A stretch of 61,939 nucleotides of DNA, filler included. It is 2 parts of 2 records of this genome, joined end to end, with 100 filler letters (N's around TTAATTAATTAA, not from the genome) between each part and the next. Parts side by side here need not be neighbours in the genome. Positions count along the whole stretch, not along the records: positions 30,059 to 61,939 come from SRR20825006_2641; 1 more part is not named here. One strand, 5' to 3'. How positions within the stretch are numbered: position 1 is the first letter of the stretch; every line of letters starts with the position of its first letter. The notes below the pieces were generated by a model. That model was not told where the DNA came from and ran no database searches. It saw only the letters and a program-made list of their open reading frames with translations. Position numbers and translations under genes: made by a program. Positions 43,105 through 52,519 of this stretch are shown in pieces.

Positions 43105-44050
43105 GATTGCCGGTTTCCTTTTTCAAAAGCGCCAGCGCCCCCTGCGGCCCGGGCTCACGCCCGCGCACATAACCATAAAGCCGTGACCGGCGCTGACAGA
43201 AGTCCCCCCGCGCAATAGCAGGCAAATAGTGTTCGTTGAGAAGATGTCCAGGCCGGGCTGCCATGCAGTAAACCGTACCTGCGGTGCTATCAAGATGGGA
43301 AAGAATGCCCAATTGGGCGAGGTAATCGCGTCCGTTGGCAAAGTGCTCCACATACGGCACCGGGTGCCCTGCTGCCAGAGTCAGTTGCGGATCGATATCC
43401 AGGCTGTCGGCCACGCCGCCGATGCAATACAGCTCCAGTTTCTTGACCAGAGGGCGGGTACTGGGGTGGCGTAACAGTTTACGCACGATGTAGCTGGCAA
43501 CAATGGAGCCTTGAGAGTGGCACACCAGCACAACGCGATCATTGTTTTCCAGTGCATCCACCAGAATGTGCATTGCTGGCCGTGACAGCTTGCCATCCTT
43601 GCGCAAGGTTCTGGCCGTAATCGATTCCGCCACATCGCGCAGCAATCCCCAGGTTGGGGTATGAATCAGATGCACCGGACGCCCAAACAAGCGGGCAATT
43701 TCTGACGCATTCAGTAACGCCACCGGCCCCGCTGTGCCCATGCCATTAATGAAGAACCAGCGGCTGCGCGTGTTCTCACGTATTGCACGGGGCGGGTGAC
43801 ACACCAGCGTGCCCTGGCTGATGGATTCCCGGGTAGCGGGAACCAGCAGTTGCAGCAAGGAAAGCAGGGCTTCTCCGCGACTGGAATAGGACGACCAGGA
43901 AAGTTCGGAACGAATACCAGGCTCATCCCCTGCCGGCATGACCATGCGGGGAATGTCGGTGAGGTGATTCAGGCTAAGGCGCAGATCCCGACGGATGGCG
44001 GAACGGTTATCTACGATGTGGCGTAACCACTGCCGGGGACGGTGCAACAT
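43097..44050 (-). CDS. Putative serine hydrolase (alpha/beta fold)
   Basis: FINGM, VCHSQGS nucleophile elbow, D in ANGRD, GHLL. Confidence 0.7.
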   Translation of the reverse strand: MLHRPRQWLRHIVDNRSAIRRDLRLSLNHLTDIPRMVMPAGDEPGIRSELSWSSYSSRGEALLSLLQLLVPATRESISQGTLVCHPPRAIRENTRSRWFFINGMGTAGPVALLNASEIARLFGRPVHLIHTPTWGLLRDVAESITARTLRKDGKLSRPAMHILVDALENNDRVVLVCHSQGSIVASYIVRKLLRHPSTRPLVKKLELYCIGGVADSLDIDPQLTLAAGHPVPYVEHFANGRDYLAQLGILSHLDSTAGTVYCMAARPGHLLNEHYLPAIARGDFCQRRSRLYGYVRGREPGPQGALALLKKETGNHG

Positions 44051-44335
44051 CTTCCTGCCCTGCCTTTCTATTCTGTTTTTCTTATGTACCGAGCGTGTGT
44101 GCTTGCGCTCATGTCGGAGAATGCGCCTGGGGAGGCACTAACGCCGTCGACACACCACAATACGACACAGTACGACGAAATCAGCAGATCAAGAATAACA
44201 GGAAATCACCAAAGAGAGATCACAGAAGTGCAAAGCCGGGAAAAAATCCGGTGAACCGTCAATGCTTTTGCTTCACCGCCCCCTGCGTAAAACTGCCCGC
44301 GGCCTGTCGTTTACACATACCGCAGGCAAAGCCGG

Positions 44336-44797
44336 TCAAACGAAATACATCAGCAACCATTCAGCGGCCAGCGCAGGTTTGTCTTCACCTTCAATATCGA
44401 CCGTAAAGGCAAACTTGAGTAACCACTGCCCTTCCCGTTTCTCGGCAGTTTCCAGCAAAGTGGCACGTGCACGAATACGCTTGCCTTCTTTCACCGGGGC
44501 CATGAATCTCAGCTTGTCGAAGCCATAATTCATCGCCATTTTCATGCCTTTGGGCATCAGGAAATCGTCGATGGAGGCCTGCAGATACGGTAGCAAAGAC
44601 AAGGTCAGGTAACCGTGGGCGATGGTGGTGCCAAACGGTGTACTGCGGGCTTGCTCCGGGTCCACGTGGATGAACTGGTGATCCAGAGTGGCATCAGCAA
44701 AGGCATTGATGCGCTCCTGATCGATCTGAAACCAGTCTGAAGCACCCAATTCCTTGCCAACATAATCAGCCAATCCTGCCGCTTCAACCACTTTCAT
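44336..44797 (-). CDS. MaoC-family dehydratase
   Basis: FADATLDHQFIHVD, IAHG, NYGFDKLRF. Confidence 0.93.
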   Translation of the reverse strand: MKVVEAAGLADYVGKELGASDWFQIDQERINAFADATLDHQFIHVDPEQARSTPFGTTIAHGYLTLSLLPYLQASIDDFLMPKGMKMAMNYGFDKLRFMAPVKEGKRIRARATLLETAEKREGQWLLKFAFTVDIEGEDKPALAAEWLLMYFV

Positions 44798-44908
44798 TAT
44801 ACTGCTCTCCTGACGGAATCTGTCTCGATTTCTTCCGAGGATAACCGCACAGCTTCACAGCACCATGACCGATTAAAACCGGATCAATGCATACCCTGGT
44901 GGTTTTGG

Positions 44909-45784
44909 TCAGTCTTCAATGATTGTATCCGTGGCGCAAAGAAAATCGTTAATGCTGGCGGCTACGCTTTCCGGTGCTTCCATGTGCAAATGATGGCGCC
45001 CTGGCAATCGCACAATCGAAGCTCCCTCCAGCCAGCCCAACCGGTGATCGAACATGCCATTCCCACCCATGCCCTGCTCGCCAATGATCAGGCAGGTAGG
45101 CGCCTTGATGGCTCGTATAAAGCCTTCGACCTGTTCTTCAGTCAGGCGCAAAAAGGAGGTGAGCCGCAGGCGGCTATCCGCCCGCCAGGTCCACCCCCCT
45201 TCCACCGGCATCAAGCCTCGCTCGCTGAGGAGCGCAGACGCTTCATGGTTCAATCCACCAAACCCTTTGGTACGCGCCTCAATCGCATCCTCTACACGGG
45301 CATACACCGGCTTGCGCTTTCCGGCCAGGGAAGCAGAATCATCCAGCGCTTTACGCAGGTTGGTAGCCACATCTTTGCCATCCGTACTCGGCGGCCCCAA
45401 CCCTTCGATCAGCACTAGTCGGGATACCCGTTCCGGGCAGGCCGCCGCGAACAGGCAGGCAATCCCCGCCCCCATGGAGTGACCCATCAGGGTAAAACGC
45501 TCCCAGCCCAACTGATCCACCACGGCCAGCACATCACGAACGTGATCCACCAAATGGGTGACCACACCATCAGGACGGTGGTCGGAATGGCCATGGCCGG
45601 ATACGTCCAACGCCAGCAATGGCCGTTTCATATACGCCGATAGAGGCGAAAATGAAGCCGCGTTATCCAGCCAGCCATGCAAGGCCAGAACGGGCTCAGT
45701 GGTGCCACCGTCGTCATGGCCCGGCCATTCGAGCGCGCTTAGCGTCTGGCCGTAGACACTGAATTTTCGTTCGATGGCGTCCAT
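44909..45784 (-). CDS. Alpha/beta hydrolase
   Basis: LHGWLDNAASF, GHGHS, GHSMG, GRHHLHME. Confidence 0.93.
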   Translation of the reverse strand: MDAIERKFSVYGQTLSALEWPGHDDGGTTEPVLALHGWLDNAASFSPLSAYMKRPLLALDVSGHGHSDHRPDGVVTHLVDHVRDVLAVVDQLGWERFTLMGHSMGAGIACLFAAACPERVSRLVLIEGLGPPSTDGKDVATNLRKALDDSASLAGKRKPVYARVEDAIEARTKGFGGLNHEASALLSERGLMPVEGGWTWRADSRLRLTSFLRLTEEQVEGFIRAIKAPTCLIIGEQGMGGNGMFDHRLGWLEGASIVRLPGRHHLHMEAPESVAASINDFLCATDTIIED

Positions 45785-45787
45785 CCT

Positions 45788-46597
45788 TCAGACTCCCTTC
45801 GGTTGCAATTCATCCAGCAATTCCCGAAACAGCACCAGGGTCTGCTCAGGTTTTTCCAGCGGATACATGTGCGAGCCCTCCGCAATGCGATGCAGCATGC
45901 GATGGCGTTTCACGTGGCGCTTGGCACTGTCATGAAAGGGTGACGGCGAATCCTTGCCGGTTACGATAGCGCCCGGCACTTTTAGCCGCGGTAACCGGGT
46001 TGCGTTTGTCGGGGTATGGCGGAAAATTTCCACTTCCACTTCCGGTCGAAAACGTAGCCGCCAGCCGTCTTGCCAGGGTTCCAAACCGGCTTTCAGGTAA
46101 TCGGACAAACAACGGGGATCGAACGCCTTGAACAGCCCGCGGGAAGAAAAATAGCTGACCACGGAATCCCAGTCTGGCCAGTAATCCAGGCGCCCACGGC
46201 TTTTACCTGCCGGGGTCACTTTATCGATTTGCCCCGTCAGTTTTGCTGCGTGCATCAAGGCCCCATGCAAACCATTCATCATCGGTGGGTCGAGCATGAT
46301 CAGGCAGGAAAACCAGTCCGGATGGCGCTGGGCCACCAGGTACATCAATACCGACCCCAGCGAATGCCCCGCCCCCACGATGGGTTTGGGCAGCGGCGCC
46401 AGCTGAGCCTCCAGTTCCAGACTAAGGCTGTGCCAGCCATCATCCACCGGGAAGGCAGGATCATGGCCGACTCGATCCAGCACCAGCAACTCGTAGTCAT
46501 CAGCAAGCGGCTCAAGAAAAGTGTCGTAACTGTGGCCAGGTATGCCATTGGCGTGTGCAAAGGCAAGCACCTGCCGCTGGCCTGATTGTTCAGGCAT
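45788..46597 (-). CDS. Alpha/beta hydrolase
   Basis: HANG, GHSLG, GSHMYPLE. Confidence 0.9.
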   Translation of the reverse strand: MPEQSGQRQVLAFAHANGIPGHSYDTFLEPLADDYELLVLDRVGHDPAFPVDDGWHSLSLELEAQLAPLPKPIVGAGHSLGSVLMYLVAQRHPDWFSCLIMLDPPMMNGLHGALMHAAKLTGQIDKVTPAGKSRGRLDYWPDWDSVVSYFSSRGLFKAFDPRCLSDYLKAGLEPWQDGWRLRFRPEVEVEIFRHTPTNATRLPRLKVPGAIVTGKDSPSPFHDSAKRHVKRHRMLHRIAEGSHMYPLEKPEQTLVLFRELLDELQPKGV

Positions 46598-46756
46598 GAA
46601 CTCTCCCTGGGGCCAGGGTGTCCGGCCCAAACAAAAGGCACATCATAGCGGTACTGGCAACAGCGACACCATGGCCGATAACGCCATACATCCTGGCGAG
46701 GCATATGCGGCCGGTGCTTTTCAGGTAGTGTACAATGCCGGCACGAAGGAGGCGCT

Positions 46757-47572
46757 ATGACCCTGATTTCATTCAACATCAACGGTATCCGTGCTCGTCT
46801 GCATCAGCTCCAGGCGGTGATCGACAAGTACCAGCCCGCACTGATCGGCCTGCAGGAAACCAAAGTCCACGACCCGGAATTCCCGGAGCAGGCGGTTCGT
46901 GATATGGGCTATCACCCCTATTTTTTTGGCCAGAAAGGCCACTACGGGGTGGCATTGATTACTCGTGAACCACTGGAATCCGTGCAGTACGGTTTTCCCA
47001 CTGACGAGGAAGATGCCCAGCGACGCATGATCATCGGCACCCTGAAACATAGCGACGGCAGCCTGATCACCGTACTCAATGGTTATTTCCCGCAAGGGGA
47101 AAACCGCGAACACCCGACAAAATTTCCGGCCAAGAAAAAATTCTACGAAGATCTGCAGCATTATTTGATCAATCATCACCAGCCCAGCGATCAGGTCGCG
47201 GTGATGGGTGATTTCAATATTTCCTCCACCGATCTGGATATCGGGATCGGCGAAGCCAACCGCAAGCGCTGGCTGCGCGAAGGCAAAACCAGCTTCCTGC
47301 CGGAAGAGAGGGAATGGTGGGAGCGACTAGTGGGCTGGGGGCTGACCGACACTTACCGTCATCAGAACCCCTCCATCGATGATGTGTTCTCCTGGTTCGA
47401 CTACCGTTCCAAAGGCTTTGACCGCGAACCCCGTCGTGGGCTGCGTATCGACACCGTGCTGGCCACCCAGCCGCTCATGGCCAAGCTGGATACCACCGGT
47501 GTGGATTACGATATGCGTGGCATGGAAAAACCATCGGACCATTGCCCGGTATGGGCACGTTTCAACGGCTGA
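46757..47572 (+). CDS. xthA: Exodeoxyribonuclease III
   Basis: [32 protein letters not shown]. Confidence 0.97.
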   Translation: MTLISFNINGIRARLHQLQAVIDKYQPALIGLQETKVHDPEFPEQAVRDMGYHPYFFGQKGHYGVALITREPLESVQYGFPTDEEDAQRRMIIGTLKHSDGSLITVLNGYFPQGENREHPTKFPAKKKFYEDLQHYLINHHQPSDQVAVMGDFNISSTDLDIGIGEANRKRWLREGKTSFLPEEREWWERLVGWGLTDTYRHQNPSIDDVFSWFDYRSKGFDREPRRGLRIDTVLATQPLMAKLDTTGVDYDMRGMEKPSDHCPVWARFNG

Positions 47573-47585
47573 ACAGGGGCTTCCC

Positions 47586-48611
47586 ATGAAGATCAGGCTG
47601 CACCCGGAGAAGCTGAAAGCCAACCTGGATACCGTTGGCTTTATCATCGACCTGGGCATGATTGTGTTGGTCATCGCCAATCTGGGCCTGATCCTGTTCG
47701 ACTGGTTGTTTCAGGTGCCTCCCGTTCAGGAACTGCTGGCGTCACTGACGCCGGCATTCCATGACTTTTACCGGGACACCATTCACAACGATTTCCTGTT
47801 CTACGACCTCTGCTTCGTGGCGGTCTACCTCACCGAGTTCACTATTCGCTGGATCGTCGCCATCGCCCGTCGCACGTACCATCGCTGGTTCTTCTACCCC
47901 TTTGCGCACTGGTACGACCTACTTGGCTGCATCCCCGTGGGCAGCTTCCGCTGGTTGCGTATTCTGCGCGTCATCAGCCTGCTGTTCCGGCTGCAGCGCA
48001 TGGGTATCGTCGACCTGTCGCAAACCTGGCTGGGGCAAACGATCCTCAAGTACTACGGCATCGTTGTGGAAGAAATCTCCGACCGAGTGGTGGTCAATGT
48101 GCTCAGTGGCGCTCAGCGGGAAATTGGTAGTGGCAGCCCCCTGCTCCATCGTATCGAATCCCAGGTCCTGGCTCCGCGCAAGGAGCAACTGGTGAGCTTT
48201 GCCGCCGCCCGCATCGCCAACGCCACCCAGAAAAGCCATGGCCAGTATCGCGATCAACTGGCCGAGTACTTTTCTCACCTGACCGACGAATCCCTGGTGC
48301 GCACCCAGGCAGGCCGGCGCCTGGCCGCCATCCCTGTTGCTGGTCCCCGAGCCATCGCCCTGCTGGGCGATGCCGTGCGTGAAACCGGCAGCGCCTTCGT
48401 GGACCAACTGGTGGATGACCTGGCCTCCCCCGCCAATCGCCCGCAACTGGAACAGCTGCTACACGACCTGATCAACGCCGCCGGCGGTGAAGGGGAGCAA
48501 CTGGATGCGTTGGTTCGCGACACCCTGCTGGACGTTCTTGAGCAGGTAAAAAGCCAGGTTGCCGTTCAGCAGTGGAAGCTTGAAGAAGGAGACGAATCAG
48601 TAAAAAGTTGA
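47586..48611 (+). CDS. Membrane protein with an ion-transport-type voltage-sensor-like domain and no pore
   Basis: TM segments with EFTIR, WYDLLGCIP and FRWLRILRVISLLFRLQR, followed by a soluble helical tail. Confidence 0.75.
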   Translation: MKIRLHPEKLKANLDTVGFIIDLGMIVLVIANLGLILFDWLFQVPPVQELLASLTPAFHDFYRDTIHNDFLFYDLCFVAVYLTEFTIRWIVAIARRTYHRWFFYPFAHWYDLLGCIPVGSFRWLRILRVISLLFRLQRMGIVDLSQTWLGQTILKYYGIVVEEISDRVVVNVLSGAQREIGSGSPLLHRIESQVLAPRKEQLVSFAAARIANATQKSHGQYRDQLAEYFSHLTDESLVRTQAGRRLAAIPVAGPRAIALLGDAVRETGSAFVDQLVDDLASPANRPQLEQLLHDLINAAGGEGEQLDALVRDTLLDVLEQVKSQVAVQQWKLEEGDESVKS

Positions 48612-48662
48612 TACGCTCGTGTCAGCTTAAAGTATCAACTCAGGCACGGTACGGACCACAGC

Positions 48663-49166
48663 ATGAACAGCATCTCCCCCACTAGTGACGACGACCTCCA
48701 GCTCCCCGCTTCCCGGGTGCTTCTGGTGGACGACACCCCACAGAACCTGGTCGCCCTGGAAGTGGTGCTCGAGGACCTGGATTGCCAGGTGGATAGCGTT
48801 AGCAGTGGCAACGAAGCCTTGTCCAAACTGCTCAAGGAAGACTACGCCCTGGTCCTGCTGGATGTGCAGATGCCCGAAATGGATGGCTTTGAAGTCGCGG
48901 GTATCATGCGCTCTCACAAGCGCACCCAGAACGTGCCCATCATCTTTGTTACCGCGATCTCCAAGGAAACCCGCTTTGTGCAACAGGGCTACCGCAGTGG
49001 CGCGGTGGATTATCTGTTCAAGCCCATCGATCCCCAGCTACTACAAAGCAAGGTGTCGTTTTTCCTTGGTCTTGATCAGCAGAAAAAACGGCTGGAAGCC
49101 AAATTAGCGCGCGCACGCCGATCAGAGGCAGAAATGAATGCCCTGTACGGTGAGCAACCGGAATAG
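48663..49166 (+). CDS. Single-domain response regulator (REC plus short coiled coil)
   Basis: LLVDD, LLDVQMPEMDG, FVTA, FKP. Confidence 0.92.
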   Translation: MNSISPTSDDDLQLPASRVLLVDDTPQNLVALEVVLEDLDCQVDSVSSGNEALSKLLKEDYALVLLDVQMPEMDGFEVAGIMRSHKRTQNVPIIFVTAISKETRFVQQGYRSGAVDYLFKPIDPQLLQSKVSFFLGLDQQKKRLEAKLARARRSEAEMNALYGEQPE

Positions 49167-49211
49167 CCCCCGGCTATACTGCGACGGTCAGGACGACCTA
49201 TAAAAAATATC

Positions 49212-50450
49212 ATGGCCATTTCAATTCCCGGATACAGATTGACCAGCCGGCTGGGCAAAGGCGGCATGTCCCATGTGTTCCTTGCCACCCAGCACTCCTT
49301 TGAACGGCAGGTTGCCATCAAGATTTTGACGCCGACGTTGGCGCTGGAACCCCGTTTCGCCGAGCGCTTCATGCAGGAAGCGCGCACCGTAGCCAGCCTC
49401 AACCATCCCCATATCGTGCCGGTTTACGACGTGGGGGAACATCAGGGCTACTATTACCTCACCATGGAATACGTGACCGGTGGCAGCCTCAAACAGCGCC
49501 TCGCCGACGACGCACTTGATGAGGGGCATGCCGTGAGCATACTGCGCCAGCTGGCCGGCGCGCTGAACTATGCCGGCGAACACGGTTTTATCCATCGCGA
49601 TGTCAAACCCGATAATGTGCTGTTCCGCGCCGATGGTTCCGCTCTGCTGGTGGATTTCGGTATCGCCTCCAACGTGCTGCGCGATACCAGCGTGACCCAG
49701 TCCAATGCCATCATGGGCACGCCCAAGTACATGAGCCCCGAGCAACATCGCTCCCAGCCGCTCACGCTACAATCGGATCTCTATTCCCTGGGCTGCGTGT
49801 TCTACGAAATGCTGGCGGGCAAGCCCCCGTTTAGCGCCCCCGACGCACGCAGCATGAGCCTGGCCCACCTGCGCGACCCAATCCCCCTGCTGCCAGTGGC
49901 ATTACGCCGCTATCAGCCATTGATCCGTCAGCTACTGGCCAAAGACGCGGCAGACCGCCCGGAAAGCGGCAATGCGCTGATTGCCCAACTGGATAATCTG
50001 GAGCCCGGCCCGGGGCACTATACCGTAGACCGCTCCCGCTACCGGCCCCAGGAACAGGGCACAGCAACGCCACTGGCCCCACGGTTGCGCCTGAAAGAAT
50101 CCAAGCTGGGCCTGAGCTGGCGAGGCAACCTGTACCAATACGACATCTACCTGGTAGCTGATGATTTTGAGCAGTTCCAGGCTCACTTTCCGGTCATGCG
50201 GTCCGCATTGATGGACTGGTTCCAGCAACGGGGCGCGCGGGGCAAGGCCGTCACCATCAAGGCGACACTGCACCCCTGGATCAGCGGCCGGGTTAAGCAA
50301 TATCTGAAAGAATTAAGAAAAACAGAAGGGCTGGAATTTCTGGCCCGTATTCCCATGACCATCAACCTGGTGGGTTCCGATGGCGACCCCATCGAAAAAC
50401 TGGCCTGGGGCCCTATAGAAAACAGCGCCGCGAATACGCAGCAGCCCTGA
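49212..50450 (+). CDS. Hanks-type Ser/Thr protein kinase with unknown C-terminal domain
   Basis: LGKGGMS, VAIK, HRDVKPDN, DFG, GTPKYMSPE, DLYSLG. Confidence 0.95.
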   Translation: MAISIPGYRLTSRLGKGGMSHVFLATQHSFERQVAIKILTPTLALEPRFAERFMQEARTVASLNHPHIVPVYDVGEHQGYYYLTMEYVTGGSLKQRLADDALDEGHAVSILRQLAGALNYAGEHGFIHRDVKPDNVLFRADGSALLVDFGIASNVLRDTSVTQSNAIMGTPKYMSPEQHRSQPLTLQSDLYSLGCVFYEMLAGKPPFSAPDARSMSLAHLRDPIPLLPVALRRYQPLIRQLLAKDAADRPESGNALIAQLDNLEPGPGHYTVDRSRYRPQEQGTATPLAPRLRLKESKLGLSWRGNLYQYDIYLVADDFEQFQAHFPVMRSALMDWFQQRGARGKAVTIKATLHPWISGRVKQYLKELRKTEGLEFLARIPMTINLVGSDGDPIEKLAWGPIENSAANTQQP

Positions 50451-50506
50451 ACCACCCCGTAGAAAACAGACAGTAACGATTCAGATCCCGGACCGCTGAA
50501 CGGCAT

Positions 50507-50536
50507 AAAAAAAGCACCAACCGATAGTTGGTGCTT
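50507..50536 (-). terminator. Rho-independent terminator (minus strand)
   Basis: AAGCACCAAC-TATCG-GTTGGTGCTT then a T tract on the minus strand. Confidence 0.85.
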
Positions 50537-50670
50537 AATTCGACCTAAGCCTCACGGTGCAAGGAGACACCATGATTTCCCCCCTCAGGTGTGGTTCCGG
50601 TGACACGGTTCAGGAGTCTGCCATGCGTTCGTTGTGTCACCAGATTCAGGCTACGACGCCAATCTCTCGT
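50507..50670 (-). ncRNA. Candidate small RNA or structured 3' UTR (unclassified; 5' end uncertain)
   Basis: 10-bp hairpin, two CUCCU motifs and a terminator lying ~200 nt beyond the sixA stop. Confidence 0.3.
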
Positions 50671-50729
50671 TGCAAAGACCGGATCGGTGAACGGTGCACA
50701 GGGGGCTATCAAGGGTGGTGAATCACCGA

Positions 50730-51206
50730 TTAACGGCTGGTGAGCTCCTCGCCAGGACTGCATAACCATAGCAATTGCGCCCCGTCGGCGGCGGTTACAT
50801 CCACATCGAAACAGGCAACCGTCCCCACATTGAAGCCCACCCGCTCTGGCACTCCGGTCCATTTGGCGGTCAATTGCGACACCAGCGGCATATGGCTGAC
50901 CAGCACCGTATTCGGCGCTGGCGGGTTAGCCAGCAGCCAGTCAAACAGGGCCTGGGGATGGCTATCCGGCGTCAGGTAGGGGCACTCCTGCCGGGATAAA
51001 CCGCTATATACCTGGGCAATACAATCTGCGGTCTGCTGGGCACGCAGGTACGGGCTCACGATCAGGCCATTGATCTGGACACCACGGCCTTGCAAGGATT
51101 GCCAATGCGATAGCAGTGCCGCCCGCCCGGCTTCCGTTAACGGCCGCAGGGCATCCGTGGCCGCCTGTGAGACGGCTTGCCCGTGGCGGCTAAGGTAGAG
51201 TTTCAT
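50730..51206 (-). CDS. sixA: Phosphohistidine phosphatase
   Basis: RHG, RPLT, SPYLRAQQTA, VSHMP. Confidence 0.9.
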   Translation of the reverse strand: MKLYLSRHGQAVSQAATDALRPLTEAGRAALLSHWQSLQGRGVQINGLIVSPYLRAQQTADCIAQVYSGLSRQECPYLTPDSHPQALFDWLLANPPAPNTVLVSHMPLVSQLTAKWTGVPERVGFNVGTVACFDVDVTAADGAQLLWLCSPGEELTSR

Positions 51207-52234
51207 GAGCTGAATGCACCCAGCTGAAATTCCACATCGTGTTTATACTCACCACTCATCAGATTCTGGATGACCAGTTCCAGCGGCTTGCCGTGATAGA
51301 CAACCTTGTACAACGCGGTGGCCAGAGGCATGTAAACATCCAGCTCTGCTGCCTTGTCAGCCACCAGTTTGATGGTATTGATCCCTTCGGCGGTCTGCCC
51401 AAGGTGCGCAATCGCTTCCTCCAGGCTTTTGCCTTCGCCGAGTTGGAAACCCACCTGGTAGTTGCGTGACAGCGACGAGGTACAGGTAGCAATCAGATCC
51501 CCCACTCCGGACAGGCCCAGGAAGGTCATGGGATTAGCGCCAAGCTCCACCGCGAAGCGGCTCATTTCTGCCAGCGCACGGGTAATCAGGAAACTGCGAC
51601 TGTTCTCGCCCACCCCGATAGCAGCGGCCATGCCTGATGCCACCGCATAAATATTCTTTAGTGCCCCGCCAAGTTCGACACCATAAATATCCGGGTTGTC
51701 ATATACGCGGAAATAGTCGCAGCTCAGCGCGTCCTGCACGGTCTGTCGCAGCTGCTCATCGGGGCTGGCGATCACCGTACCGGTGAATTTCTGCTCCACC
51801 ACTTCCTTGGCCAGATTGGGGCCACTGAGCACACCAATACGGGTATGCGGCCAATATTGATGCAGCAGCTCGCTCATCAGCAGGAAACCCTCCGCATAGA
51901 TCCCCTTGGTACAACTGATCACCAGGGTATCGTCCGGCACCCACTGACGGGCCTGCTCCAGCACCTCGGCAAACGCCTTGCTGGGAATCGCCACGAAGAC
52001 CATGGAGGCGTGCGTTAAGGCTTCTTCCAGGTTGTCAGTGGCCGTCACCCCTTCCGGTAATTCGGCACCGGGAAGGTAGCGGCTGTTCTCGCGGTCAATA
52101 TTGATTGCCGCCGCGGTTTCCGGATCGCGCACCCACAGGTTCACGCTGTGGCCGTTGGCGGCAAGGATGCTGGCCATGGCAGTACCGAAACTGCCCCCGC
52201 CGAGAATGGCGGCATTATGTTTGTTCTGCGTCAT
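51203..52234 (-). CDS. gpsA: NAD(P)H-dependent glycerol-3-phosphate dehydrogenase
   Basis: GGGSFGTA, SGPNLA, GGALKNIYA, GVGDLIATC, SRNY. Confidence 0.97.
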   Translation of the reverse strand: MTQNKHNAAILGGGSFGTAMASILAANGHSVNLWVRDPETAAAINIDRENSRYLPGAELPEGVTATDNLEEALTHASMVFVAIPSKAFAEVLEQARQWVPDDTLVISCTKGIYAEGFLLMSELLHQYWPHTRIGVLSGPNLAKEVVEQKFTGTVIASPDEQLRQTVQDALSCDYFRVYDNPDIYGVELGGALKNIYAVASGMAAAIGVGENSRSFLITRALAEMSRFAVELGANPMTFLGLSGVGDLIATCTSSLSRNYQVGFQLGEGKSLEEAIAHLGQTAEGINTIKLVADKAAELDVYMPLATALYKVVYHGKPLELVIQNLMSGEYKHDVEFQLGAFSS

Positions 52235-52295
52235 AGGAACGCCTTGTTTACGCTTTCGGGCATCATAATTGAAGCCGTGGACAGTTGACAGTTAA

Positions 52296-52433
52296 GGAGC
52301 CGCTGAAAGATTAATCAAGGCACCAGCCAGCCACTTTGCAGGCTTTCGCGTCAGGCGCCCTGCTTCCGGCCCTCACTGCGAGAGATCGGTCAGGCAAGCC
52401 CGCTCAAGGCCTTGTCACTTTCAGCGTCGCTCC
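52296..52433. mobile_element. MITE-like 138-bp element with imperfect terminal inverted repeats
   Basis: GGAGCCGCTGAAAG...CAAGG at the left end and CCTTG...CTTTCAGCGTCGCTCC at the right end. Confidence 0.4.
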
Positions 52434-52454
52434 ATGAACAAAAGCGCCATGAAT

Positions 52455-52491
52455 GAAAACGGCCCCGCTTTTCGAGAAAAAAGGGGGCCGT
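52455..52491 (-). terminator. Terminator after htpG
   Basis: ACGGCCCC...GGGGCCGT hairpin with TTTT on the minus strand. Confidence 0.65.
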
Positions 52492-52519
52492 CCAGCTTTG
52501 CGCGTTCAGATGTCTGCCA

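Noticed and set aside
44051-44335. Purine-skewed spacer as a CrcZ/Rsm-type sRNA
   Set aside because: It has too few AANAANAA or GGA-loop motifs and no terminator.
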